Positions 28,091 to 37,185 of a stretch of 64,000 nucleotides of DNA are shown one piece after another; positions within the stretch are counted from its first letter, which is position 1; every line of letters begins with the position of its first letter. Where the stretch lies: the sequence record NC_061451.1; one strand, written 5' to 3'. Under the pieces are notes generated by a model. It was not told where the DNA came from, did no database searches, and saw only the letters and a program-made list of their open reading frames with translations. The position numbers were made by a program, and so were the translations under genes.

Positions 28091-29191
28091 ATGACAGGTC
28101 CTCTCGATCTCACTAACCCACAGCACTTCGAACTGTACTCGCTGCACAGCGTTGATGCACAGTATATCAATCTGTGTGACGCACTCCTCACTCAGGGTAC
28201 GCACGAATCTGACCCAGAGCGCACTACTGATACGTGGCATACGCTGATCGGTATTGGCTTCCAGTTGTCTAACACCAACATCGCTTTCCCTGCGCTGCTG
28301 TCTAAGCGTGTCAACGTCCGTGCAGCTATCGATGAATCATGCTGGTTCGCACGCGGTGAAACGAACATCGCAACTCTCGGTTCTAAAATCTGGAACGAGT
28401 GGGCAGACGAAGAAGGTGAGAACGGTCCTATCTACGGCTTCCAGTATCGCAACTGGCCTGACATTAAAGTGTTCAATACTGTCGAAGGTATGATTGAGCA
28501 GCACATCCCACCAGCAATGATTGAGCGCATCTCGAAAGAGATCAACCGCATGAAGGCGCAGGGCTATATCGAAACTGCGTTGCCTGATGGTCGCGTGCTG
28601 TATGAAGGCTATATCGATCAGTACGCTGATGCACTACGTCAAATCATGGCGCGTAGTCGTAGCCGCCGCATTCGTGTGCAAGCGTTCAACCCTGGTTACG
28701 TTGGTATGCAGAGCCTGCCTCCGTGTCACACTGAGTTTGAGTTCAACGTGACCAAAGCTACTGCGTATGAAATTGCGCAGATGGAAGCACGCTCAATGCG
28801 TCCTGACGCCGACTCACTGCATATCGTGGTGACGATGCGCAGCAATGATGCACTTCTCGGGCGCCCCTTCAACATCGTTGGCTACAGCGCCATGCACCAG
28901 TTGTTTGCGAAGTGGGCGGGTCTGAACGTTGGTTCGTTTACTCTGAATGTGACCAATATGCACATGTACGATCACCACCGCGAAGCGTATGCACAACAGC
29001 GTGAGCAGTGGCTGGAACTACAGACGCAGATGCAGACGACAGGCAAACCTGTTGTTTACCCTACCCTCGAAATCACTGACGACATTCTGGGCCTGACGCC
29101 AGAAGAGCTGCTGGATAACGTCAACGTCGATTGGTTCGAGCTGGTGGACTACTCTCCTAAACCTGCTGTTAAAGGACGCGTAACCAAATGA
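28091..29191 (+). CDS. thyA: thymidylate synthase
   Basis: IWNEWAD, GPIYGFQYRNW, SRR, LPPCH, RSND..LG.PFN, HMY. Confidence 0.93.
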   Translation: MTGPLDLTNPQHFELYSLHSVDAQYINLCDALLTQGTHESDPERTTDTWHTLIGIGFQLSNTNIAFPALLSKRVNVRAAIDESCWFARGETNIATLGSKIWNEWADEEGENGPIYGFQYRNWPDIKVFNTVEGMIEQHIPPAMIERISKEINRMKAQGYIETALPDGRVLYEGYIDQYADALRQIMARSRSRRIRVQAFNPGYVGMQSLPPCHTEFEFNVTKATAYEIAQMEARSMRPDADSLHIVVTMRSNDALLGRPFNIVGYSAMHQLFAKWAGLNVGSFTLNVTNMHMYDHHREAYAQQREQWLELQTQMQTTGKPVVYPTLEITDDILGLTPEELLDNVNVDWFELVDYSPKPAVKGRVTK

Positions 29192-29850
29192 TGCTAATCA
29201 GCCGCATTGCTGCATTCCTGTATGTTGGGTATGCAGAGTCAGTGGAAGATATTCCACGTTTGCTCGTCGAAAAAGTTAAGGTGCGCATCGAAGATCCCGA
29301 TTGGGACCCGTTTGATGACGTTACCGTTGAAGATGCACCGCCTATTCTCGAAATGACAGGCAAGGTCATCTATCATCTGCCGCTCAACTGCTTCCTGATT
29401 GACGGTCGCATGGAGCAGGACGAATCGTCCGAAGATACTCTCAAGATGCAGAAGTATTGTCAGACCAACTTCTTCAAGCACAAGCAGACGCGTAATGGCC
29501 GTGTAGGCATTGCCGTGGACAGCATGATCAGAGAACTGTCTTATGCAGAGGCACAGCACCCTAACTGGCCTACTGAGCCTCTGCACGCTGGTGCTATCCT
29601 TGCAGAAGAAGCTGGTGAGTGTCTGCGTGATTGCGTGTCATACGATGAAACAGGGCGTGAAGATCTGCTTGCATCTATGGCAGAAGAAGCGGTGCAGACA
29701 GGCGCTATGGCGATTCGTTTTCTGATCAATGCGCATCGCTCTAAAGAGCGCACGCTGCCTCGCTCTACAGTCCGTGACCTGCTGTCAGACACATCCATTC
29801 CTCTGGCTGAGCGTGTTGCTAAACTTCTTGATGTGGTGGACGCTAAATGA
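29188..29850 (+). CDS. protein with C-terminal MazG-like NTP pyrophosphohydrolase domain
   Basis: ILAEEAGE...EEAVQTGAMAIRFL. Confidence 0.6.
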   Translation: MMLISRIAAFLYVGYAESVEDIPRLLVEKVKVRIEDPDWDPFDDVTVEDAPPILEMTGKVIYHLPLNCFLIDGRMEQDESSEDTLKMQKYCQTNFFKHKQTRNGRVGIAVDSMIRELSYAEAQHPNWPTEPLHAGAILAEEAGECLRDCVSYDETGREDLLASMAEEAVQTGAMAIRFLINAHRSKERTLPRSTVRDLLSDTSIPLAERVAKLLDVVDAK

Positions 29851-30758
29851 AACTACTTGCACTTATTCCAGCTGCTACCACCAATGTTTTCCGCACGCTG
29901 CATTGTGTAGGCACGGCAGAAGAGTTCCCTGTAGGCGAGCATCCTAAGTGGTCTGGCTTTGGTTTGAATATGACTAACGTCAAAATCATTCCTGACCTGG
30001 CTAAAGACGCCGTGCCTGATTCGTTCTACGTCACTATCGATAGCCACCTCGACTGGTCTGTTGATCTTGATCGTATCGATACATTCAGCGCTGATTATCT
30101 CATCTGGTGCGGTAAGCATACGCCTTCAATTGAAGCTGTGCTCGAAGCCCACATGATTAAAGGCCAGCTGCCGAATCTGGTGCAGGACTTCGATGCTTTT
30201 GTCGCTGATCTGCAAGAGCGTCTGGACAACATGACCAGCCTAGCCAAAGATCGTATGACCATCTCAGGCAGCACGCTGATCGATAGCGACACCACAGCCA
30301 AGTATAACCTGTGGGCTATCTATCGTCACTGTCTAATGTTGGACAACAAGATGGTCCTGCTGTACGGTAAAGACAATCACATCCATGTGTCCGACACGCA
30401 CGTATCTGAAAAGGGTATCGGCTGGTGGTTGACCGAGCACAACAAACACATGATGAGCATTGCACAGCAAAACGATCTGCTGGCCGCTTACATTACGTTT
30501 GAGCGCGATAGCTCTGGCTATACGTTTGTTGGTGCTGACGGTACTCAGGTTAAACGTCCTGTCGAGAGCAGCGAGTTCATGCACATGGCGCATCACGGCC
30601 TGTTCCCTAAAGTGGTAGTGCGTGAAGACGCAGACGGCCGTAACTTTGAACTGTCGTTTGATTACGCCGAATACTTCCCGCAAGCGTATCACGATTTCGT
30701 CAATCATGCGTGGGCCGGCCGTTCTGATCGTTCACGCGATTTGGTTCGCTTCGTCTGA
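29847..30758 (+). CDS. hypothetical protein
   Basis: 303 aa ATGA-coupled ORF. Confidence 0.7.
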   Translation: MKLLALIPAATTNVFRTLHCVGTAEEFPVGEHPKWSGFGLNMTNVKIIPDLAKDAVPDSFYVTIDSHLDWSVDLDRIDTFSADYLIWCGKHTPSIEAVLEAHMIKGQLPNLVQDFDAFVADLQERLDNMTSLAKDRMTISGSTLIDSDTTAKYNLWAIYRHCLMLDNKMVLLYGKDNHIHVSDTHVSEKGIGWWLTEHNKHMMSIAQQNDLLAAYITFERDSSGYTFVGADGTQVKRPVESSEFMHMAHHGLFPKVVVREDADGRNFELSFDYAEYFPQAYHDFVNHAWAGRSDRSRDLVRFV

Positions 30759-30809
30759 TCGTTGCGCTGTCTGCTGTCAGTAATTTGAAGCTACTATAGG
30801 AGACAGCGC

Positions 30810-31148
30810 ATGAAATATGATAAGACCAAAGACTACCAACCGTTCAAGTATCTTGAGCCGGACCCAAAGGCTCCAAGAGTAGGCTTCTACGGTTCGACTG
30901 GCCACACTGTCACAAAGGACGTTCTGATAGGGCAGGACGTATGCGAGTTTGAGTTCAAGCCTGAAGAGTTGAACAATATGAATCGCGGTACGCTGCTCTT
31001 CCGTGCTAAAGATAGTGGCGGAACTATTGTCGTAAAGAAATGCTCTGTGCTTGGATTGAAAATGGTAATTACGCTAGAGAGAAGGGTGATTCAGTTCGGC
31101 AAGGTTCAAGCTGAATGGATGACCACATCCCGACTGTATAACTACTAA
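30810..31148 (+). CDS. hypothetical protein
   Basis: AGGAG RBS. Confidence 0.65.
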   Translation: MKYDKTKDYQPFKYLEPDPKAPRVGFYGSTGHTVTKDVLIGQDVCEFEFKPEELNNMNRGTLLFRAKDSGGTIVVKKCSVLGLKMVITLERRVIQFGKVQAEWMTTSRLYNY

Positions 31149-31190
31149 CTGTAAATACATTGTACAGAAGCAACTACAAGAGAAAAGAGA

Positions 31191-31889
31191 ATGGCAAAAA
31201 TTGCTAAAGCAAAGGAAGGGAAAAAGAAAAGCAACCCTATGTTGATTGACCTGAAAAAGTTCAAGTCAGTTAAACAGCTTAAGGGTGCGAAGTACAACCC
31301 TCGTTTCATTACAGACAGCCGACTGAGAGCGCTCGAAGGTTCTTTGGGCAGCTTCGGTGATTTGTCTGGCGTGGTGTTCAACAACAGCGTAGACAGTGGC
31401 GTATTGATCTCAGGCCACCAGCGTCTCAAGTCGATTGAGAAGTGGGACTCGCGCATTGAGATTCAACAAACGTCTGACAAGTACGGCACGGTAGCGTTGG
31501 GTTATATCCATGCTACCAGCGCCAAAGGTAAAACGATCAGCATCCCACTGCGTATCGTTAACTGGTCAGATAAGAAAGTGGAGTTTGCTGCTAACATTGC
31601 TGCGAATGCCCACGGCGGTGAGTTCGATAACAAAAAGCTCGCGTCTCTTGTTGAGAAGCTGGACCTGACTACAATCAAGCCAGCTCTTATCGGGCTTGAC
31701 CCGTTAGAGATTCGCGGCCTGCAACAGACGCTGAGCAAACAAGCTATCGTCGAGCAGGAAAAGCGTGTTGGTAAAACAACAGGCAAAATGAACGGCAGTA
31801 CTGGCGAGTTCAAAGAGTACACGACTGATGAAGTTGGTACTGCGCTGACCTGCACCTGCCCACGTTGTGGCTTTAAGTTCGAGGGATAA
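31191..31889 (+). CDS. ParB/Srx-like domain protein with C-terminal Zn ribbon
   Basis: KYNPR, SFGDLSGVVFN, LISGHQRLK; CTCPRCGFKF. Confidence 0.8.
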   Translation: MAKIAKAKEGKKKSNPMLIDLKKFKSVKQLKGAKYNPRFITDSRLRALEGSLGSFGDLSGVVFNNSVDSGVLISGHQRLKSIEKWDSRIEIQQTSDKYGTVALGYIHATSAKGKTISIPLRIVNWSDKKVEFAANIAANAHGGEFDNKKLASLVEKLDLTTIKPALIGLDPLEIRGLQQTLSKQAIVEQEKRVGKTTGKMNGSTGEFKEYTTDEVGTALTCTCPRCGFKFEG

Positions 31890-31890
31890 C

Positions 31891-34026
31891 ATGATCATCA
31901 AGCCGCCTACAATGAAAGAGATTAATAAGCTGCCCAAGCCTTGGTCAGGTATGAGTTTCTTTGCAGGTTGCGGTGGTTCATCTACCGGTCACAAGATGGC
32001 CGGTATTAACATCCTACTGAGCAACGAGTTCGTGGACGCGGCTCGTGAATCGTATGAAGCGAACCATCCAACAACCAAAGTGTTGCCCCACGATATTCGT
32101 CGTCTTGACCCGAAAAAGCTGCTTAGCTATTGCGGCCTGAGTCAGGGCGAACTGGACTTGCTCGACGGCAGTCCTCCGTGCTTCACCGAAGACACGTTCA
32201 TTCATACCGACACTGGTATGAAGTTCATCACTGATATGCGCATCGGTGACTTCGCTATGACCTCTGTTGGTAAGTATCATCCAGTGTATGACACGATGGT
32301 ACGTCCGTATGACGGTCAGATGCACAGAATTGAAACGCTGCTTGGTCAGAACAATGCAACGCCTGAACATCCGTTCTTTGTTCGTCGTCAGAATGAAGAA
32401 ACTGGCGGGTACAGTGAGCCGTTCTGGTGTGACGCTAAAGATGTGCAGGAAGGTGACCTGTTAGGTACGCCTCGTGTTACGCCTGATATGGGCGAAGCAC
32501 ACACGCATGAGATTATCTCGTCGTTGACTGCGCAGCTTGTGCGTTGGATTGCATTGCCTGAGTTCTGGTGGCTGATTGGTCACTGGTGCAATCGCGGTGC
32601 AATCGATAAGATTCGTGGTGTCGATGTTATTCAATTCACCTCGATGACAGCGATGGAAAACTCGCTGGTGGAACAAGCGTTCGACGTGCTCAAGTTAAGC
32701 AGCATCAACAGCGCTTCGTCCGACATGGGCGTTCATCGTAAGACCGTTCGTGTTGTTATGGACACAGACCTGTTGCTGTTCTTGCGTATGTTTATCGCGC
32801 AGGGCAAGAAGTCTATGTCCCGCCGTCTGCCTGGCATGATCTTCCATCTGGCTAAAGAGCTGAAACAGCAATTCATTCTCGGCTATCTGGGTCGTGATTA
32901 CGTCACAGCAATGGGCGTTGGTCATGCGTTAGAGGCTGACTCAAAGCGCTTCCTAGTTGAGATGAATTACCTGTGCTGCTCTGCGTTCAACAGACCGCTG
33001 TTCGATGCAATGTTGTTCACTGACTTGCATTACGGTAGTCCGATGTTACCACCGAGTCGCTTCATTACCAAAGAGCACATCGGCTTCCTGTTCTTGCAAG
33101 AAGAGGTTAATTTCTTCTTTGAGTTCGAGCCGGAAGACCCGCATCTGTGGGTTGAAGTGATTGAGAACTTTACGCATCATGAAACGTGCAACGTCTATAA
33201 CTTCTCAGTCAGTGTTGATGAGACGTATGTTGCTAACGGCATGGTCGTGCATAACTGCAAAGGGTTCTCGACTGCTGGCGTGAAAGAAGACGGCTGGGGC
33301 AAAGAGGTTAAGTACAGCGGCAACAAGTATCAGCAAGTCGATGACCTGTTCGATCAGTATTGCCGTATGCTCAAGCACATGCAGCCTAAAACGTTCACTG
33401 CGGAAAACGTTAGTGGCCTCGTTAAAGGTGCGTCGAAGGGTTACTTCATTGAAATCATGAAGACCTTTGATCAGCTGGGCTACTATGTGCGAGCGCCGTT
33501 GCTTAATGCTGCGTGGCTTGGTGTGCCTCAGTCTCGTGAGCGTATCATCTTTATGGGTGTGCGCAAAGACGTGGCGAAAGCACTCGGCTATAAAACTGCG
33601 TTGACTGCTGTGCCTGATGTAACACCTCAATCAAGCATGGCGTTCCTTGCAGATGCATTGCCGAACATTCGTCGCTATAAAGGTACGGAGCGTGACATTA
33701 TCAAGTATCTGCCTGCTGTTAACGGCCCGATGCCTACGATTACCGCTGCTGATGCTATCGCATACGAAACAGCACGCTTCTCCTCTGCTGGCTTCATTGA
33801 AGACGACAAAGGGCACAGACGCAAGCTGACGATTGACGAACTCAAAGTTGTGTCAGGCATGCCTAGTGATTACGTGCTCACAGGTAAGTTTGAAGAACAA
33901 TGGGAACGTCTCGGTCGTGTGTGCGTACCTGCAATGACGTGTGCTGCGGCAAGCGCGTTGATACGCCATGTGCTTGAGCCTTACGCGAAGCTGCGTAAAA
34001 AGAAACCTGGGGATCGTTTTCGTTAA
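31891..34026 (+). CDS. DNA cytosine-C5 transferase (Dcm fold), predicted carboxymethyltransferase (CmoX-like), intein-containing
   Basis: Motif I FFAGCGG, IV GSPP|CKGFS, VI ENVSGL, VIII PQSRERI; motif X reads LGRVCVP instead of GN(S/A)V. Confidence 0.88.
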   Translation: MIIKPPTMKEINKLPKPWSGMSFFAGCGGSSTGHKMAGINILLSNEFVDAARESYEANHPTTKVLPHDIRRLDPKKLLSYCGLSQGELDLLDGSPPCFTEDTFIHTDTGMKFITDMRIGDFAMTSVGKYHPVYDTMVRPYDGQMHRIETLLGQNNATPEHPFFVRRQNEETGGYSEPFWCDAKDVQEGDLLGTPRVTPDMGEAHTHEIISSLTAQLVRWIALPEFWWLIGHWCNRGAIDKIRGVDVIQFTSMTAMENSLVEQAFDVLKLSSINSASSDMGVHRKTVRVVMDTDLLLFLRMFIAQGKKSMSRRLPGMIFHLAKELKQQFILGYLGRDYVTAMGVGHALEADSKRFLVEMNYLCCSAFNRPLFDAMLFTDLHYGSPMLPPSRFITKEHIGFLFLQEEVNFFFEFEPEDPHLWVEVIENFTHHETCNVYNFSVSVDETYVANGMVVHNCKGFSTAGVKEDGWGKEVKYSGNKYQQVDDLFDQYCRMLKHMQPKTFTAENVSGLVKGASKGYFIEIMKTFDQLGYYVRAPLLNAAWLGVPQSRERIIFMGVRKDVAKALGYKTALTAVPDVTPQSSMAFLADALPNIRRYKGTERDIIKYLPAVNGPMPTITAADAIAYETARFSSAGFIEDDKGHRRKLTIDELKVVSGMPSDYVLTGKFEEQWERLGRVCVPAMTCAAASALIRHVLEPYAKLRKKKPGDRFR
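32179..33255 (+). mobile_element. intein (359 aa) with degenerate LAGLIDADG endonuclease
   Basis: Starts CFTEDT, block B ATPEHPF, ends YVANGMVVHN; +1 residue is the catalytic Cys. Confidence 0.92.
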
Positions 34027-34035
34027 GGAGCAGTT

Positions 34036-34119
34036 ATGTTGTGGGTCGGGTTTATTTTAGGTTTTATGCTCGGCACACTGCTAACGTTGCTGCTGCCTAT
34101 CCCTTACTTGTCATGGTGA
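34036..34119 (+). CDS. 27-aa membrane peptide; not in ORF track
   Basis: AAGGAG RBS; MLWVGFILGFMLGTLLTLLLPIPYLSW. Confidence 0.55.
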   Translation: MLWVGFILGFMLGTLLTLLLPIPYLSW

Positions 34120-34189
34120 CAATCTGTGTATTATCTCCGAAGCCTGTCACATTTGAAGGTGGGCATGTCGTCCACTAGGAGATAGTATT

Positions 34190-34360
34190 ATGACAAACGT
34201 AAACACAAACGAAATCGAAACCCCTTGGTACGAAGCAGACGATGAGCAGCTAACCGCAGAGCACATTGCAATCATTCAGCAAAAGGCTAATGCTGATGCG
34301 ATAGCTCGCGGAAAGCCGTTGCCAGATGCGGATGACCCGAGCTGGATTCGTCTGTTCTAA
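34190..34360 (+). CDS. 56-aa hypothetical protein; not in ORF track
   Basis: AGGAG RBS; MTNVNTNEIETPWYEADD...WIRLF. Confidence 0.6.
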   Translation: MTNVNTNEIETPWYEADDEQLTAEHIAIIQQKANADAIARGKPLPDADDPSWIRLF

Positions 34361-34697
34361 AATAAACTTGGGACAAGGATGTCCTTTGGAGAATGCCATG
34401 AACGATCCCGTTGTTCTTTGGTCTATTATCGGTGTGCTGTTGTTTCTGCTTGCGTGCGGTGGTGCGTTCATCTATTTCTTGCTGCGCACTGTATCGGAGA
34501 CAATCTTCCGGAGTCTCTGGGGTGGACACTAGACTTCGTGTGGGTCTAGCCTTCATCATTACAGGGGCACTCACATTCATGTCCTGTAGATCACTGGATA
34601 TGTTATTTGATGACGCCCTACCAATATCTTTAGTGTTCGGCACTCTTGTCGCACTGCATGAGTTTCATTATCTCATGTCAATGAGGGATTTTGAAAA

Positions 34698-34934
34698 TTG
34701 AAAATACCTAAAAAGTGGCGAACGGCTTCGAACTCGTTGGCGCACACTGTTGAGATTATTAACGATAATGCGCAACTCGTTGTCGTGTATAAAGTGTGGT
34801 ACGCTAGGCGCAAACGTTGGGAGTATTGTGCTGAGCCTATCGAAGTCGTCTTGTATATCATTAAGGACCTGCATTTTGGCGGGTCCCTTGCCGAACTTCG
34901 AGCAATCAAAGCCAGTCGAAAAAACAGCAACTGA
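34698..34934 (+). CDS. hypothetical protein
   Basis: GAGGG RBS, TTG start. Confidence 0.5.
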   Translation: MKIPKKWRTASNSLAHTVEIINDNAQLVVVYKVWYARRKRWEYCAEPIEVVLYIIKDLHFGGSLAELRAIKASRKNSN

Positions 34935-35053
34935 AATAATATACAGGCAAACCGAATGTGTCTTGGCCCGACCAAGACGAAACCGCCGAGTAATCGGCAC
35001 TCATGGTGTGAGACACACAAGTGAACTCACCCTCTACCTAAAAGGTATGTAAT

Positions 35054-35920
35054 ATGACTAAGCAACACACTAACTACAGCTCCGCATTCGCTATCAATGA
35101 AATGGCCGTGCTGTCTTTTGATAGCTTCGGTTCGGATAAGCTGTACGGCGTTGTATCAGGCGTTATGTTCTACGGCCCACAACGTATGTATCGCGTCAGT
35201 ATATTCGCCAACGACGGTCCTGAGTCGGCGCCTACTGCGTTCCTGCATGAAGGTCGTCCTATCGATGGATTCATTGCAGATGACCTGCTGCCTGTAACTG
35301 ACCAGTACATTCCGCATATTGGTCATGTTGGTCGCTACGAATCAACTGACCACAAGACGTTTGGTGACTCACCATTCACTAGTGGTCAATTGGTTGAAAT
35401 CAAGATCAAAGATATTGCCGACAGCTTTAACGTGCCTGTTCTCATCACAGGCGTCACTTACGTTGAAGGTAAGATCATGTACGATGTGAGCATCGAGCGC
35501 GCCTACTACAGTGATGGTCGTGTTAACGGTGGTCGTCTGGTGCGTGATACTCTTACCGGCATTGATGGTATCTTCATCAAACCTGTTGGTGGCTGGCCAG
35601 AAGAAGGCGATGACATTAGTGAGTATGCGCTGGAGATTGGCGTTGAAGACAGCGCTGTGCCTATCTCAAACGATATTTTTGACGCGGCGTATGATGCGCA
35701 TCTCCTAGGCGTTCAGTGTGGTGAGCTGAATAAACACGCTGCCCGTAATTTCTTGGGTGCTTACATTAACGCTGAGAATGCGCGTGTGGAAAAGTATCTT
35801 GGTGCACGTACGGGTCGCTGGGACACAAGCAAACTGAATGAAAGCTCCAAACCTCGTTCAGTATCCGACATTGATACGTCGAAGATCTCCCAAGTTCAGC
35901 CTTGGCCAAAAGATGAATAA
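35054..35920 (+). CDS. hypothetical protein with internal domain duplication
   Basis: VSGVMFYGPQRMYRVSI / ITGVTYVEGKIMYDVSI. Confidence 0.7.
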   Translation: MTKQHTNYSSAFAINEMAVLSFDSFGSDKLYGVVSGVMFYGPQRMYRVSIFANDGPESAPTAFLHEGRPIDGFIADDLLPVTDQYIPHIGHVGRYESTDHKTFGDSPFTSGQLVEIKIKDIADSFNVPVLITGVTYVEGKIMYDVSIERAYYSDGRVNGGRLVRDTLTGIDGIFIKPVGGWPEEGDDISEYALEIGVEDSAVPISNDIFDAAYDAHLLGVQCGELNKHAARNFLGAYINAENARVEKYLGARTGRWDTSKLNESSKPRSVSDIDTSKISQVQPWPKDE

Positions 35921-35926
35921 ATAACT

Positions 35927-35952
35927 AAAGGGTGGCTTCGGCTGCCCTTTTT
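35927..35952 (+). terminator. intrinsic terminator identical to 19066-19091
   Basis: AAAGGGTGGCTTCGGCTGCCCTTTTT followed by ATCTGTAAA. Confidence 0.85.
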
Positions 35953-35987
35953 AGATCTGTAAACAACTTATACAAGAGGAGCATACA

Positions 35988-36341
35988 ATGAAAGACTATG
36001 TTATGAAGCGCCTTGCGGAAGACAATATCGATCCTGAAAACAAGGATATGATTATGAGCCGCATACGCGATATTATGGGAGGTGTGTTGCGTGCGCAGCC
36101 TACCTTGCCTCATATGTTCGGTGCACTGGAACACTCACGCGTACCGTCACTGTTTGATGCAATGGTTGTCTGCGATCACACGAACAACTCTGAGGAGGAT
36201 ATTGCAAACAACATCCTTAACGTTTCTATTCTCCCTCGCACTCCAGTACAACAAATTTATTTCAACATCGATCCTGGGAGCAAAGAAGATGCGTCTTTTA
36301 TTTCAAAGACTGTTAAAGTTTCTAAGTCTGAGCAGCAATAA
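35988..36341 (+). CDS. stand-alone tail-sheath C-terminal-like domain protein
   Basis: VVCDHTNNSEEDIANN.L...LP..P...IYFNI resembles T4 gp18 VVCDTTNNTPSVIDRN. Confidence 0.55.
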   Translation: MKDYVMKRLAEDNIDPENKDMIMSRIRDIMGGVLRAQPTLPHMFGALEHSRVPSLFDAMVVCDHTNNSEEDIANNILNVSILPRTPVQQIYFNIDPGSKEDASFISKTVKVSKSEQQ

Positions 36342-36738
36342 ATCTAAGCAGGTTCATGATCGTGAGCTGCGCAAGTATCTGGAGCCTAAACGCGAGCCAT
36401 TCAATCCCGCTAAAGGCCCTCGTATCCCGCCAGTAGTCGACCGTGACTTGGAGTATCGTCGTCGCGTTCTCGCTACGGGCGGTCAACCGCCTAAAGCTGA
36501 CCCTTCTTTGCGCTCCAGCCCTCAACGCCGCAGAGACGATGTAGTTCCGTCACAAGTTGTGATGATGGATGTTAGTACAGGCTTCGGTCCTAGTAAGAAG
36601 ATCCCATCGCACAGCCAGCGTGATTCTGATTCTTACTGTTCACCACATCATACGCACCACACACCGAGTCATACACCGTCTGATAACTATGATGGCGGCT
36701 CGAATGATGGTGGCGGTGGAGGAGGTTCTTGTGATTAA
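36289..36738 (+). CDS. hypothetical protein with low-complexity H/S/G tail
   Basis: GGGAG RBS; ends DGGGGGGSCD. Confidence 0.55.
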   Translation: MRLLFQRLLKFLSLSSNKSKQVHDRELRKYLEPKREPFNPAKGPRIPPVVDRDLEYRRRVLATGGQPPKADPSLRSSPQRRRDDVVPSQVVMMDVSTGFGPSKKIPSHSQRDSDSYCSPHHTHHTPSHTPSDNYDGGSNDGGGGGGSCD

Positions 36739-37057
36739 AGTGTTATTGAACGCGATCGGTCTCCGCCTGATTACTAAAGCGAATCGCCGTAAGATAGAAC
36801 AACACCACTACATGATGCAGGCCTGTACGGATGTGTATGACTGGTGTGGTGCCGAGTTCCCTCAAGCTGCTGAGGCTGTTGAGCATGTTCGCACACGCGC
36901 ACTCGGCTATGAAGGACGCTCTGGCCACAATAGCAAAATCATGACCCCGTACGAAGCACATACGGGCATCAGCAACTGGCGTGAACTTATGCGCAGTAAG
37001 TATAAGGATTGGCCGCCCGTTGATTTCCCTCTTGAGTACAAGAAAGACAATGAGTAA
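36731..37057 (+). CDS. hypothetical protein
   Basis: GGAGG RBS, GTG start. Confidence 0.6.
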   Translation: MIKVLLNAIGLRLITKANRRKIEQHHYMMQACTDVYDWCGAEFPQAAEAVEHVRTRALGYEGRSGHNSKIMTPYEAHTGISNWRELMRSKYKDWPPVDFPLEYKKDNE

Positions 37058-37185
37058 AGAAGGCGATAAAGAAAAGCTGCAAGAGTTCCGAGACGAACTT
37101 GAGAGCGACTGCGACGGTGAAGAGGAAGAGGACTTCGATTTCACCGATCATCAATAATCCGTTTCATCTATACCGAGAATAAAAT

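Noticed and set aside
28091-29191. ThyA as a dCMP/dUMP hydroxymethylase supplying the glycosyltransferase
   Set aside because: Retains LPPCH and the dUMP-specifying Asn (PFN); dCMP hydroxymethylases have Asp there. The MRSND variant alone is insufficient.
31891-34026. Ordinary Dcm or a restriction-modification system
   Set aside because: Motif X has Arg rather than Asn, and no cognate endonuclease is nearby.
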